Assembly: GCA_048266925.1 (NCBI GenBank)
Contig: JBLWYL010000001.1
Location: 537,235 to 601,234, forward strand
Reading direction: 5' to 3'
DNA: 64,000 nucleotides
From: Kangiella sp.
Lineage (GTDB): Bacteria; Pseudomonadota; Gammaproteobacteria; Enterobacterales; Kangiellaceae
Below, one piece after another: positions 49,376 through 60,025 of this stretch. The first letter of the stretch is position 1; each line of letters begins with the position of its first letter. The notes under the pieces were generated by a model. The model saw only the letters and a list, made by a program, of their open reading frames with translations, had not been told where the DNA came from and ran no database searches. The position numbers and the translations under genes were made by a program.

Positions 49376-49699
49376 CTATTGCTCGGAATCTTTATCTTCT
49401 TCCTTATCTTCTTCCTTGTATTTTTTATCTATTAACTCTTGTGGATATTCAGGGTTAGGCACTTCACATATACCCTGTTCGTTTTTATATTGATCTTTGC
49501 AATCCTGCTCTTTCAGCTCCGTATCTTTTGAAATTTCTGTAAGTGGTTTACTTTCTTCTGGTGTTACCGTTTGCTGGTTTTCAGAAACACCTTCATCGTC
49601 ATTGACTGACTCATTCACTGAATCTTTTGCGCAACCCGATAATAGAAGAGCAGAACCCATAATACCGCTCAAGAACACTAGCTTTGAAAGCCTATTCAT
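49376..49699 (-). CDS. Hypothetical lipoprotein
   Basis: Lipobox LLSGC followed by an acidic low-complexity region and a Cys pair. Confidence 0.75.
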   Translation of the reverse strand: MNRLSKLVFLSGIMGSALLLSGCAKDSVNESVNDDEGVSENQQTVTPEESKPLTEISKDTELKEQDCKDQYKNEQGICEVPNPEYPQELIDKKYKEEDKEEDKDSEQ

Positions 49700-49753
49700 A
49701 CATACACTCCTTTTACAACTTTTAGTCTTTTAATCTTACTTTCTGTTTTGAGC

Positions 49754-50146
49754 TTACTGGTTATGTCTGTCTTCTAATAGTTCAATTTTGTATCCATCCG
49801 GATCTTCAGCAAAAGCCAATACTGTAGTGCCGTGTTTCATAGGCCCTGGTTCGCGAGTAATGTTACCACCTGCCTGGCGGATTTTTTCACAAGCTTCGTA
49901 CACATCGTCTACTGCAATGGCAATATGACCAAAAGCGTTGCCCATATCGTAATCATCGGTATCCCAGTTATGGGTCAGTTCTAGCACCGTATTGTCTTTT
50001 TCCTCACCATAACCCACAAAAGCCAATGTAAAGCGGCCAGATTCATAATCGTGCTTACGAATTAACTTCATCCCTAAAACGTCGGTGTAAAAGTCTAACG
50101 CTTTATCCAGATCTCGAACGCGTAGCATAGTGTGTAAGATTCTCAT
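49754..50146 (-). CDS. gloA: Lactoylglutathione lyase (glyoxalase I)
   Basis: [10 protein letters not shown]...LELTHNW...GHIAI...[12 protein letters not shown]; start placed at MRILH. Confidence 0.96.
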   Translation of the reverse strand: MRILHTMLRVRDLDKALDFYTDVLGMKLIRKHDYESGRFTLAFVGYGEEKDNTVLELTHNWDTDDYDMGNAFGHIAIAVDDVYEACEKIRQAGGNITREPGPMKHGTTVLAFAEDPDGYKIELLEDRHNQ

Positions 50147-50202
50147 TGTTCCTCCGAAGGTTATTTGTCGGTTACGCTTTAGTTGCAAGCATGACTTGCA
50201 AA

Positions 50203-50485
50203 TATACCCAATCTACTTGGAAATGTACGTTTCAGAGTTCAGCCATGATGCTAGTGCAAAACACGACTAGCAAATACGCGACTTTAAGGGAATGTCCACA
50301 CCCTTGATGAGACTTTTACCACGGCAATGTCATCATGGCAAAACTCCCAAAGGGCGAGGCTAAAAGCGCTTTATACCGCGTTAGATGTTGTTGGTTTGAG
50401 CTCACCAGATCTTCCAACATCTGCCCTGTCTAAAACACTTTATATCTCCCGCTGAAACCGTGCATTTCCAAGCAGATTGGGTATA
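50203..50485. mobile_element. 283-bp MITE with 33/34-bp terminal inverted repeats and TA ends
   Basis: Left TATACCCAATCTACTTGGAAATGTACGTTTCAG vs reverse complement of right TATACCCAATCTGCTTGGAAATGCACGGTTTCAG (2 mismatches, 1 indel); non-coding interior. Confidence 0.8.
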
Positions 50486-50538
50486 ATGACCCGCCATTAT
50501 AGCAAGTAAATGGTTAAGCGCCTTAAGGCACGAATTTT

Positions 50539-51579
50539 ATGCAAAGCATTACTATAACTCGTCCAGATGACTGGCACATCCACCTGCGTTCCGGCGCAGC
50601 CTTGCAACATACGGTTAAAGATGTCGCTCGCCAATTTGCGCGCGCAATTGTTATGCCGAATCTGGTGCCACCAGTAACTAACGTTGAGCAAGCCAAAGAC
50701 TACCGCGACTGCATCATGCGTTATAAAAATGATAGCGCTGACTTTGAACCGCTAATGACCCTGTATTTAACTGATAACACCTCAGTTGAAGACATAGAAG
50801 AAGCCGCTCAGTCTGATTTCGTTAAAGCATGTAAACTTTACCCTGCTGGCGCTACGACTAACTCAGATTCAGGACTGACCGATATTGAGAAAGCCTATCC
50901 AGTCTTTGAAAAGATGGCGGAGCTTGGGATGCCGTTGCTGGTGCACGGTGAAGTGACCTCCCCTGAAATCGATGTCTTTGATCGGGAAAAAGTGTTCATT
51001 GATACCAAGCTGCGCCCTATCATTGAGCAGTTCCCCGACCTCAAAGTCGTGCTGGAGCACATTACTACCAAAGATGCGGTCGAGTTCGTTTCTTCACAAG
51101 GACCTAATGTAGCAGCGACCATCACCGTGCATCATCTGTTACTTAACCGCAATGATATGCTGGTCGGCGGTATTCGCCCGCACCTTTATTGCTTGCCCAT
51201 CCTAAAGCGACAAATACACCAGGCAGCATTGATTGCTGCAGCGACTTCCGGCTCTCCCAAGTTTTTCCTGGGTACCGATAGCGCCCCTCATACTAAAGAT
51301 AAAAAAGAAGCGGCCTGCGGTTGCGCTGGTGTTTACACTGCTTATTCAGCAATAGAGCTGTATGCAGAAGTATTCGAACTTAATGACGCTTTAGACAAGT
51401 TAGAAGCATTTGCCAGCTTCCATGGCCCAGATTTTTACGGCCTACCACGCAATACCGAGACCATTAAGCTGGTCAAAGAGCCTTGGAAAGTGCCTAAGAA
51501 ATTATGCCTTGGAAACGATAACCTGGTTCCATTCCGAGCAGGTGAAACTATCCAATGGAAAATTAAAGACAATGATTAA
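50539..51579 (+). CDS. pyrC: Dihydroorotase
   Basis: [31 protein letters not shown]. Confidence 0.98.
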   Translation: MQSITITRPDDWHIHLRSGAALQHTVKDVARQFARAIVMPNLVPPVTNVEQAKDYRDCIMRYKNDSADFEPLMTLYLTDNTSVEDIEEAAQSDFVKACKLYPAGATTNSDSGLTDIEKAYPVFEKMAELGMPLLVHGEVTSPEIDVFDREKVFIDTKLRPIIEQFPDLKVVLEHITTKDAVEFVSSQGPNVAATITVHHLLLNRNDMLVGGIRPHLYCLPILKRQIHQAALIAAATSGSPKFFLGTDSAPHTKDKKEAACGCAGVYTAYSAIELYAEVFELNDALDKLEAFASFHGPDFYGLPRNTETIKLVKEPWKVPKKLCLGNDNLVPFRAGETIQWKIKDND

Positions 51580-52174
51580 CTTAAGCATGAAGGAGCGATT
51601 TCGCGGCTTCTTCCCGGTCATTGTTGATGTGGAAACAGGTGGCTTTAATGCGGCAACTGATGCTCTGCTTGAACTGGCAGCGGTTACTACTGGGTTTAAT
51701 GCTCAAGGCAGACTCGAAATCAAAAACAGCTATCATTTCAATATTGAGCCTTTTGAAGGGGCCAATATTGAGCAAAAGGCATTAGATTTTACGGGCATTG
51801 ACCCTGACAACCCTTTGCGCGGAGCCATTGCAGAACAAAAAGCCTTAAAATCTTTATTCAAGGATTTGCGCAATGAGCAGAAAGATGCCGAATGTAATCG
51901 ATGCGTGCTGGTCGGCCATAACTCCTGGTTTGACTTAAGTTTTTTGAATGCCGCCACTGAACGGGCTGACATAAAGCGTAATCCTTTTCACCCTTTCACC
52001 AGTTTTGATACCGCTTCTTTGTCAGCTTTGATGCTTGGGCATACAGTACTGGCGCAAGCTTGCGATCTGGCTGGCATCGAATTCAGCCAGAAAGAAGCTC
52101 ATTCAGCGCTGTATGATGCGACTAAAACCGCTGAATTATTTTGTTTGCTGGTTAATCGCGCTAATCAATTTTAA
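51572..52174 (+). CDS. rnt: Ribonuclease T
   Basis: [34 protein letters not shown] (DEDDh); start overlaps the pyrC stop. Confidence 0.96.
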   Translation: MINLSMKERFRGFFPVIVDVETGGFNAATDALLELAAVTTGFNAQGRLEIKNSYHFNIEPFEGANIEQKALDFTGIDPDNPLRGAIAEQKALKSLFKDLRNEQKDAECNRCVLVGHNSWFDLSFLNAATERADIKRNPFHPFTSFDTASLSALMLGHTVLAQACDLAGIEFSQKEAHSALYDATKTAELFCLLVNRANQF

Positions 52175-52187
52175 AACCGCTACTGAA

Positions 52188-52436
52188 CTATTGGCTGTTG
52201 AATAAACAACGGCCACACAATTCTTCACAGGTCATCTGTAAAATGAGCGCCTTCTCTACCAGCTTCAATCGGTCTGGAGTGGTCGCTCTTAATTCTTCAT
52301 AACTGACCAGGCCCGAATCAAACAAATCGTTCAGCCGCCGACCTTTCCAGCAAGCTACTACGGCTCCAGAATCCGGTTCTACTAATTGCAACTCTGGCTG
52401 TGGTTTATCCAGCCAGGCATTGATCATATAAGTCAT
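52188..52436 (-). CDS. Small protein resembling Pseudomonas PA4570-like iron-starvation proteins
   Basis: MTYMINAWLDKPQPELQL start recalls the MTYLIDAWLDRP type; Fur box upstream. Confidence 0.6.
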   Translation of the reverse strand: MTYMINAWLDKPQPELQLVEPDSGAVVACWKGRRLNDLFDSGLVSYEELRATTPDRLKLVEKALILQMTCEELCGRCLFNSQ

Positions 52437-52484
52437 TCCTCACCCTTTTGTTATCGTATCGTTCAAATGTTTCCAAACAACCCA

Positions 52485-52503
52485 AATGAGAATAGTTATC
52501 ATT
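52485..52503. promoter_or_regulatory. Fur box
   Basis: AATGAGAATAGTTATCATT, 2 mismatches to AATGATAATNATTATCATT. Confidence 0.75.
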
Positions 52504-52624
52504 TACATAATATGCAATAGTTAATCAACATTTTTATTAAAAAGTTCACAACTCGGGGTGCAATCCGATAAATTTGCACTTATGCTTAGAGCAATCAGTT
52601 CAACTCAATATGGTTAAATTAACG

Positions 52625-53647
52625 ATGATAAAACAAACGCTTACCGCCATTACCCTGCTGACCGGATTAGCATTTGGAGCAAACGCTATGGACAAACCCA
52701 GCTATGAAAAGGCTCAAACAGCCATCGTCATCCACGGCGGTGCCGGAACTATATTAAAGTCGAAAATGACGCCAGAGATTGAACAGGCATACATCGAGGC
52801 CTTAGAGCATGCGCTAAAAACCGGACATGCAATCTTGGAAAAAGGCGGCTCTAGCACCGAAGCGGTCAAAGCAACCATTGTCACCATGGAAGACTCACCG
52901 CTGTTTAATGCTGGCAAAGGCGCCGTATTTACTCATGACGGTAAGAATGAGCTGGATGCTTCGATCATGGTCAGCAGTGATTTATCAGCCGGCGCCATTG
53001 CAGGTGTCAGCCATATTAAAAACCCAATTCTGTTAGCCGATAAAGTTCGTACCGACTCCAAGCATGTCCTGATGGCACGCGAAGGCGCTGAAGAGTTCGC
53101 CAAAGAGCAAGGCTTTGAACTGGTTGTCCCTAAGTACTTCTTTACTCAGAATCGTTGGGACCAGCTGCAAAAAATACTCAAAGAAGATCCCGATAAAATG
53201 CAGCTGTCGGAAGATGAAGCTAAGAATTCTAAATTTGGTACGGTAGGTGCTGTAGCGCTGGATAAAGATGGGGTAATCACCGCTGGTACCTCTACCGGTG
53301 GCATGACCAACAAACGCTACGCGCGTATTGGCGACTCGCCGATTATTGGTGCTGGCACTTACGCCAATGCTCATTGCGGTATTTCTGCCACCGGTCATGG
53401 CGAATACTTTATTCGAGCTGCCGTGGCTTATGACATTTGTGCATTAGTGGAGTACAAAGGCGAAACCATTCAGCAAGCAGCCGATATCGTCATCAAAGAC
53501 AAACTCAAAGAGATGGGCGGCGATGGCGGCGTCATTGGCCTTGATAAAGACGGCAACATTATGATGAGCTTCAACACACCCGGAATGTACCGAGGCGCCA
53601 TCGATGTTGACGGCAAGATCACGATAGAAATCTACCAGCAAAAATAA
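52625..53647 (+). CDS. Isoaspartyl peptidase/L-asparaginase (Ntn hydrolase) with signal peptide
   Basis: IVIHGGAG, FNAGKGAV, autocleavage GTVGAVA, TSTGG, RIGDSP; start near MIKQTL. Confidence 0.92.
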   Translation: MIKQTLTAITLLTGLAFGANAMDKPSYEKAQTAIVIHGGAGTILKSKMTPEIEQAYIEALEHALKTGHAILEKGGSSTEAVKATIVTMEDSPLFNAGKGAVFTHDGKNELDASIMVSSDLSAGAIAGVSHIKNPILLADKVRTDSKHVLMAREGAEEFAKEQGFELVVPKYFFTQNRWDQLQKILKEDPDKMQLSEDEAKNSKFGTVGAVALDKDGVITAGTSTGGMTNKRYARIGDSPIIGAGTYANAHCGISATGHGEYFIRAAVAYDICALVEYKGETIQQAADIVIKDKLKEMGGDGGVIGLDKDGNIMMSFNTPGMYRGAIDVDGKITIEIYQQK

Positions 53648-53678
53648 AGCGCATAGCAGGCGCGAATAGGAGTTTTGT

Positions 53679-54113
53679 ATGAACACAAAAACATTGGGCA
53701 TCATTAGCATCTTAATGCTTTCAAGCCTGTTAGGCGCCTGCAGCGACGACTCATCAAACAAATCCAATCAGACAAAACCAGAAACCCGTAACGATGATGA
53801 GATTGGAGTGCTGGAACCCTATCTGGAAGAACCCGTTTTAGAAACACACCAAAACGGCGAAAGAAAAGTTGGCCTCTACTCCGAGAGCAATGGGCAAGGT
53901 ACATTTGAAGACTGTAAAACAGGCAAAGAATACGGGGTTGATATCAACCAAGATGTCAGCCGACTCCATTCTACTTACATCTCACTAAGCCAAACTGACG
54001 GACAAAAACTATTTGTTGAAGTTGTGGGCGAAACTCAAATAAATAAAGAAGAAGCAGAAACCTTGCAGCCTCAGAAGCTACTAGGCATTATCCATAAAGC
54101 AACCTGTGATTAA
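53679..54113 (+). CDS. Lipoprotein with NlpE C-terminal-like OB domain
   Basis: Lipobox LLGAC; GLYSE...FEDCKTGKEY...LFVEVVG. Confidence 0.6.
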   Translation: MNTKTLGIISILMLSSLLGACSDDSSNKSNQTKPETRNDDEIGVLEPYLEEPVLETHQNGERKVGLYSESNGQGTFEDCKTGKEYGVDINQDVSRLHSTYISLSQTDGQKLFVEVVGETQINKEEAETLQPQKLLGIIHKATCD

Positions 54114-54378
54114 TTTCCAAACGAACGATTCCACTCGTCGAAATAACCTCGGCATTAATTGTCAGAAGCGATGGGTCGCACCCACCCTATAATATTCACT
54201 AATTTTATATTCAGCACAAAAAAGCCTGACAAAACGCCAGGCTTTCTTACAAGTAATTACGCAGGAAAATTATTCAAGTTCGAGGCGCCTGAGTGTTTTT
54301 TAGCGGAGGCGGCCTTTAGGGTCGTTGGGCATCAAAAATGATCAGACAACAAAGAAATTGGATAATTTAACCAGTAAT

Positions 54379-54981
54379 TTATAGTTTGTCGGCAGACTCA
54401 GATAGATACTTAGCTACACCTTCAGGCGTCGCATCCATACCTTTATCACCTTTGTTCCAACCTGCTGGACAAACTTCACCGTGCTCTTCGTGGAACTGTA
54501 GCGCGTCAACCATACGGATTAATTCATCAACGTTACGGCCTAATGGTAGGTCGTTAACGACTTGATGACGGACTACGCCATCTTTGTCGATTAGGAATGA
54601 ACCACGGAAAGCTACGCCTGCTTCTGGATGCTCAACATCAAACGCTTGGCAGATTTCGTGTTTTACGTCAGCTACCAGGGTATAACCTACTTGGCCAATA
54701 CCGCCGTTGTTGATGTCGGTGTTACGCCATGCGTTGTGAGTGAAGTGAGAGTCGATTGAAACACCGATCACTTCTACACCACGCTTTTTGAACTCTTCTA
54801 AGCGGTGGTCGAATGCGATTAGCTCTGATGGGCATACGAATGTGAAGTCTAACGGGTAGAAAAAGACAACAGTTGGCTTGCCTTTGGTTGTTTCGGCAAA
54901 GTTAAAGTCTTCTACGATCTCGCCGTTGCCTAATACTGCTGCTGCCGTGAAATCTGGTGCCTTGCGGCCTACTAATACTCC
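54379..54981 (-). CDS. 2-Cys peroxiredoxin (AhpC type)
   Basis: FFYPLDFTFVCPSE and EVCPAGW; start placed at MGVLVG. Confidence 0.96.
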   Translation of the reverse strand, partial: GVLVGRKAPDFTAAAVLGNGEIVEDFNFAETTKGKPTVVFFYPLDFTFVCPSELIAFDHRLEEFKKRGVEVIGVSIDSHFTHNAWRNTDINNGGIGQVGYTLVADVKHEICQAFDVEHPEAGVAFRGSFLIDKDGVVRHQVVNDLPLGRNVDELIRMVDALQFHEEHGEVCPAGWNKGDKGMDATPEGVAKYLSESADKL

Positions 54982-55126
54982 CATTATTTCCTCCAAGAGT
55001 GTGTTTATTCAATTTTAGGTGTGCGTATTATACGCTGATATGACAATAATTCTTAAGACCTTTCACAAAAGATTAAAAGTCTGATTGAAATCGATTAAAA
55101 CTTGAACGATGACGCAGACTCGCTCC

Positions 55127-56080
55127 CTAACTGGGCTTTTCTGAGCAAGCACTAATCACTTTACGGGTTTGCTCAAAACTTTCTCGCATCAGGACTCTGA
55201 ACCATTTGTGAAGTGCGGTCTGGTGTTGTCGTTCATGCCAGTAGAGATATATGTCCAGAAGTGGCAGTTTCAAGGGCATTTCCTTCATAACCACACCATA
55301 GCGATCGCATTCTTTCTCCGCGACCAGACGCGGCATCGAAAACATCAGGTCGGTGCGGCTACAGATATCAAGCGCTAAGTGAAAAGTGGGAACATAGAGT
55401 GCGATTTTTCGCGATAGTCCCTGCTTTTCGAGAGTACGATCTATGAACGGCTTGCCTTTACCGGTTACCGTCACCAGTCCGTGTCGTTGCTTTAAATACT
55501 CGTCAAGACTGATTGATTTTTGTTTTGCCAGCCGATGTTGCTTTGACATCACCAATACAAAATCATGCTGAATCAGGTGGAAGCTATGATACTTGGTGCT
55601 TTCAAATGACTTATCTTCTTCACCGACCAGAAAATCGATGTCCCCCTGCTCCAGCAAAGAAATTCCATCGGGACGAATATTAAAGGAGCGCAACGCAACG
55701 TTAGGCGCCTGAGCCTGCAAATCTTGCCATAGGTTAGGCATGAACAGGCTCATCTCTAAATCCATCGACATAATGCTGATTTCACCTTTGGCTTTTGTCG
55801 GGTCAAACTTTTCCGGCTGGATCATGCACATGAAATCAGCTAGCCAGCTTTTAAGCCTCGGTTGTAGCTCCATTGCTTTGTCGGTTAGCTGATAACCGTT
55901 ACCAACCCTCACCAACAACGGGTCATCCAGCATCTCGCGCAATCTCTGTAAAGAGCGACTGACCGCCGGTTGGCTCATGTGCAGTCGATCAGCGGCATTA
56001 GAAATATGCTTTTCTTCGAGCAGCACATCCAGTAACACCAGCAGATTCATATCTAAAGAGCGAATATTCTCAACTTGCAT
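55127..56080 (-). CDS. LysR family regulator
   Basis: DMNLLVLL...ISNAADRLHMSQPAVSRSLQRLR. Confidence 0.95.
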   Translation of the reverse strand: MQVENIRSLDMNLLVLLDVLLEEKHISNAADRLHMSQPAVSRSLQRLREMLDDPLLVRVGNGYQLTDKAMELQPRLKSWLADFMCMIQPEKFDPTKAKGEISIMSMDLEMSLFMPNLWQDLQAQAPNVALRSFNIRPDGISLLEQGDIDFLVGEEDKSFESTKYHSFHLIQHDFVLVMSKQHRLAKQKSISLDEYLKQRHGLVTVTGKGKPFIDRTLEKQGLSRKIALYVPTFHLALDICSRTDLMFSMPRLVAEKECDRYGVVMKEMPLKLPLLDIYLYWHERQHQTALHKWFRVLMRESFEQTRKVISACSEKPS

Positions 56081-56096
56081 ACTTGATATCTATTTA

Positions 56097-56111
56097 ATGC
56101 ATTTCAAGCAT
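56097..56111. promoter_or_regulatory. LysR-type operator ATGC-N7-GCAT
   Basis: Dyad with T-N11-A spacing between the divergent LysR and flavodoxin genes. Confidence 0.65.
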
Positions 56112-56171
56112 AACTATAAACCAGCTACAGTCGCTCCATCAAGTCAATAAATTCAATTTGGAGTTAAAAAA

Positions 56172-56738
56172 ATGAGTAAAAAACTAGTAGCCGTGGTTTA
56201 TCACAGTGGTTATGGCCACACTGAAGTACTTGCCAATCAAGTTCATCAAGGTGTGCTGGATGCTAATGCGGATGCCGCACTGGTTTCAGTCAATGAAGTC
56301 GATGAACAATGGGATACGCTAGCTAAGGCCGATGCCATCATTTTCGGCAGCCCGACCTATATGGGTAGCGTGAGTGCTGATTTTAAGGCTTTCATGGATA
56401 AATCTTCCAAAGTCTGGGCTGAACAAGGCTGGAAAGACAAATTAGCGGCAGGTTTTACCAATTCTGGGTCTATGAGCGGCGATAAACTGAATACATTGAT
56501 TCAAATGTCGGTGTTTGCCGCCCAACAAAGCATGCTATGGGTTAGTTTAGGTCTGATGCCCGGTAACGCCAGTAGCGAAGCTTCCCCTGATGATGTAAAC
56601 CGAATTGGCGGTTACCTGGGAGCCATGGCGCAGAGCAATACTGATCAGGGCGCGGACCTGGCACCGCCACAAAGCGATCGTGAAACAGCACGCATACTCG
56701 GGACGCGGGTTGCTGAAATAGCTAAAAAATTCAACTAG
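56172..56738 (+). CDS. WrbA-like flavodoxin / NADPH-dependent FMN reductase
   Basis: VYHSGYGHT, FGSPTYMG, GFTNSGS. Confidence 0.92.
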   Translation: MSKKLVAVVYHSGYGHTEVLANQVHQGVLDANADAALVSVNEVDEQWDTLAKADAIIFGSPTYMGSVSADFKAFMDKSSKVWAEQGWKDKLAAGFTNSGSMSGDKLNTLIQMSVFAAQQSMLWVSLGLMPGNASSEASPDDVNRIGGYLGAMAQSNTDQGADLAPPQSDRETARILGTRVAEIAKKFN

Positions 56739-56908
56739 TTAGTATGTTTAATCTGATTTTCACGTCACTTTCACGGAGCTTAAGGTATGTTAAGAACATC
56801 AGTTCCCTAAACTGTGTTGTTGCAAAACGTGCTGTTGCAATCTTTTTATTGAAATCTGTATTCAACAGACTCGTCTGAAACAAGGAAGTTATTTGTGACA
56901 CTTCCCCG

Positions 56909-56933
56909 GGCCACCTCGCGTGGCCTTTTTTTT
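56909..56933 (+). terminator. Intrinsic terminator
   Basis: GGCCAC-CTCGC-GTGGCC-T8. Confidence 0.85.
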
Positions 56934-57008
56934 GCCTGTATACCAACCTGCTGCTTATTTGACTGATACTAACCTTGGAAAAAATATCTAAATGCCAATG
57001 CAAGAGCA

Positions 57009-57037
57009 GTTGACAATCATTCTCATTTAGATATAAT
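57009..57037 (+). promoter_or_regulatory. Consensus sigma70 promoter of bfd with overlapping Fur box
   Basis: TTGACA 57010-57015, 16-nt spacer, TATAAT 57032-57037; Fur-like AATGAGAATGATTGTCAAC on the minus strand at 57009-57027. Confidence 0.8.
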
Positions 57038-57069
57038 CTCAATTATCGAACACTATTTAATCTATTCTT

Positions 57070-57303
57070 ATGTACGTTTGCCTTTGTAAAGCTATCACAG
57101 ATAAGCAAATTAAAGACGCCGCTTTCAACGGTGCGTCCAGTATGCGTTGTCTGAATAAAGAACTCGGCGTTGCTACCCAGTGTGGCAAATGTGCGGTAAC
57201 TGCGAAGCAGATTTTGCGCGAACATCATAGTCAGGTCACTCAGTTCGATCCGCAAACGACACCCAGCTTTGTGGATGCAACTTTAGGCAAAGCCTTAAAG
57301 TAA
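57070..57303 (+). CDS. bfd: Bacterioferritin-associated ferredoxin
   Basis: MYVCLCKAITD...TQCGKC. Confidence 0.96.
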   Translation: MYVCLCKAITDKQIKDAAFNGASSMRCLNKELGVATQCGKCAVTAKQILREHHSQVTQFDPQTTPSFVDATLGKALK

Positions 57304-57539
57304 AAACACTACTTCAGAAAGCCGCTCCTATCGAGCGGTTTTTTTTCCTCCTTATTTAACAGCCCATCCAAAACAATCTTTCATAATATCAAAAATCACT
57401 CTCAAATAAGAACTCATACCATTTAGCAATCATTCTAATTTACATTTAAATTCAACAAGTTACGTTACCCTTAACTTGCTTGATCCAGGTCAAAGTCGTA
57501 CAATCATTGGATACATTCTTAACCATCGGATTAAAAACA

Positions 57540-58019
57540 ATGAAAGGCGACGCAAAAGTTATAGAAATTCTTAACCAAGCATTGGGCAATGAGTTAGTTG
57601 CTATCAACCAATATTTTTTGCATGCTCGCATGTACAAAGATTGGGGCTTAAAAGAACTGGCCGATCATGAATACGAAGAATCGATTGATGAGATGAAGCA
57701 CGCGGATATGCTGGTTGAGCGCATTCTGTTTTTGGAAGGCCTGCCGAACTTGCAAGATTTAGGCCGCTTACGCATCGGTGAAAACACCAAAGAGATGCTG
57801 GAGTGCGATTTAGCGTTAGAGCTTGATGCGATTCCGGACTTACGCGACGGCATTAAATACTGCGAGGAAGTTCGTGATTATGTCAGCCGCGATATTCTCA
57901 ATGACATTCTGGAAAGTGAAGAAGAACACGTCGACTGGCTGGAAACTCAATTAGGTTTAATTGAAAAGATTGGTATCCAGAACTATCTGGCTGAAAAAAT
58001 GAAGGAAGGCGGCAATTAA
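57540..58019 (+). CDS. bfr: Bacterioferritin
   Basis: MKGDAKVI...[18 protein letters not shown], heme Met, EEEHVDWLE. Confidence 0.97.
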   Translation: MKGDAKVIEILNQALGNELVAINQYFLHARMYKDWGLKELADHEYEESIDEMKHADMLVERILFLEGLPNLQDLGRLRIGENTKEMLECDLALELDAIPDLRDGIKYCEEVRDYVSRDILNDILESEEEHVDWLETQLGLIEKIGIQNYLAEKMKEGGN

Positions 58020-58036
58020 TTGTCGAGAGTTTTTTG

Positions 58037-58067
58037 AAAAAAGGGTAGCAACTGCTACCCTTTTTTT
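58037..58067. terminator. Bidirectional terminator between convergent bfr and GDPD
   Basis: A6-GGGTAGCA-AC-TGCTACCC-T7; contains the GDPD stop codon. Confidence 0.8.
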
Positions 58068-58759
58068 GTTGGAACGTCATAAAGGATTCTCACTCTATCG
58101 GGATAATCGGTAAAAATGCCATCAACACCCATCGCTTTAACTTTAACAATATTATCAGGTTCATTCACGGTATGAACATAAAGCAACATACCTTCCTGAT
58201 GCACCTCTTGGACTAGCTCTTCCGTCACTAAAGACAGGCTGGGATGAAAGCTATAGGCGTTAACGTCACGAGCAAAGCTTAAGGCTACATCCGGTTGCTC
58301 ATCGGCTATGACACCGATTTGAATGTCTGGATCAAGTTGGCGCACCATAAACAATTCAGAAAACAAATAGGAAGAAATAATAAAGTTTTCTTTTTTATAA
58401 CGGTCTTTGTCCAGCATCTTGACCAATTCCATCACCAGGCTGGCGGTGCGAACACCTTTTAATTCGATATTGATAAAAGTGTCAACATCGATCAGCTCAA
58501 TCACTTCATTCAGAAAAGGAATCTTTTCGCCCTGCCCCGCATTAAGACTACGTAAATAGTCTACTGAGTGATCGAGCAATAGCCCTGAGCCATTGGTTGT
58601 TCTATCCAAAGTATCATCATGAAAAACCAACAAGTGACCATCAATATTTTGCACATCAAATTCAACACCATCGACACCAAGTTCCAGCGCCTTGCGAAAG
58701 GATAAGAGTGTATTCTCAGGCGCTAGTCCCATAGCACCGCGATGGCCGATGACTTTCAT
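58055..58759 (-). CDS. Glycerophosphodiester phosphodiesterase
   Basis: IGHRGA...PENTL, VEFDV, NIELK, DGIFTDYP. Confidence 0.95.
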   Translation of the reverse strand: MKVIGHRGAMGLAPENTLLSFRKALELGVDGVEFDVQNIDGHLLVFHDDTLDRTTNGSGLLLDHSVDYLRSLNAGQGEKIPFLNEVIELIDVDTFINIELKGVRTASLVMELVKMLDKDRYKKENFIISSYLFSELFMVRQLDPDIQIGVIADEQPDVALSFARDVNAYSFHPSLSLVTEELVQEVHQEGMLLYVHTVNEPDNIVKVKAMGVDGIFTDYPDRVRILYDVPTKKG

Positions 58760-58760
58760 G

Positions 58761-59471
58761 CTATTTACCGCTTTTTTGTTTCTTATCCCTAACTTTCAAG
58801 TTGGTGCCAAAAGATTTGGTCTCGAACAGATCAATCACCTTAATCAGATCGCTTAACTTCTTATAGCCGTAGTTGCGGATATCAATCGATGATTTATTGG
58901 CAATGAATGAACCAATAGGTCCCAATGAGGCCCAGCCATCATCATCGGATGTCATTTCAATAGCATTTCTGATCAGTTCGATAAGTTTGGTATCTTGCTT
59001 AAGCTTACTCGGAGAGAACTTAGAAACATCAGCATTATCGAGCTTGGCGCCGAGTTCTAAAAAGCGGGTACAGGCATTACGAAACGCATCCGGCGTTTTG
59101 GTTTCCCCATAACCGAAAACCAGTTTGCCTTCATTAATAAGACGAGTGGCCAAAGGAGTAAAGTCACAATCGGATGTTACCAGGCAAAAGATATCTACAT
59201 CCTTGCCATATAGAACATCCATAACGTCTATAGCCATAGCCAGATCGGTAGCGTTCTTGCCTTTGGTTAAATCAAATTGCTGGATCGGCTGAATGGCAAA
59301 CTCCAGCAAGATATCTTCCCAACCTCTCAGGTTGGCATTTTTCCAGTTACCGTAGGCCTTGCGGATAATGACCATGCCATGATTAGCAAGATCCGATAAA
59401 ATCAAATCGAAGTATTTGCTCGAGGCATTATCCGCATCAACAAATAATGCAATATGCTTATTGTGTTCCAT
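58761..59471 (-). CDS. NYN-domain (LabA/DUF88) protein with C-terminal OST-HTH/LOTUS
   Basis: ALFVDADN, GKNATDLAMAID, TSDCDFTPL, GWASLG...YGYKKLSDL. Confidence 0.9.
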   Translation of the reverse strand: MEHNKHIALFVDADNASSKYFDLILSDLANHGMVIIRKAYGNWKNANLRGWEDILLEFAIQPIQQFDLTKGKNATDLAMAIDVMDVLYGKDVDIFCLVTSDCDFTPLATRLINEGKLVFGYGETKTPDAFRNACTRFLELGAKLDNADVSKFSPSKLKQDTKLIELIRNAIEMTSDDDGWASLGPIGSFIANKSSIDIRNYGYKKLSDLIKVIDLFETKSFGTNLKVRDKKQKSGK

Positions 59472-59544
59472 AATATTCCATCCATAAAAAATGCCGCGTT
59501 ATAGCGGCATTTAATCATATTAGCAGTTTGGGTAAAACGACGTT

Positions 59545-59874
59545 TTACTCAGGCTGCTTACCGTAAGACTCGTTGAGCGCTTCCTGCAACTCGCCTTGCT
59601 GGAACATTTCAAGAATGATGTCACAACCGCCTAGAAGCTCACCATCAACCCACAACTGTGGGAATGTTGGCCAGTTAGCGTATTTTGGAAGTTCGGCACG
59701 AATGTCTGGGTTTTGCAAAATATCGACATAAGCAAACTCATGGCCACACTGCATCAAAGCTTGGACCGCTTGAGCTGAGAAACCACACATCGGTAGTTTC
59801 GGTGAACCTTTCATGTAAATTAAAACTTTGTTGTCTGCAATCTGTTGTTTGATTTGCTCAATAGTGTCGCTCAT
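59545..59874 (-). CDS. grxD: Monothiol glutaredoxin Grx4
   Basis: MKGSP..PMCGFS, WPTFPQLW, GGCD. Confidence 0.97.
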   Translation of the reverse strand: MSDTIEQIKQQIADNKVLIYMKGSPKLPMCGFSAQAVQALMQCGHEFAYVDILQNPDIRAELPKYANWPTFPQLWVDGELLGGCDIILEMFQQGELQEALNESYGKQPE

Positions 59875-60025
59875 GTAAAACCTCGAATTTCGTTAATGGG
59901 GCACCCAGCCCTGTATCAGATGGCGGCGATTATAACGCTTTTCAAGGGCTATGAGCACCGTTAATCTAAAGAAATCTTGATCTGCATCTATGCAAGCTGA
60001 ATTCTTGTCGCTACAATGCGTTACA

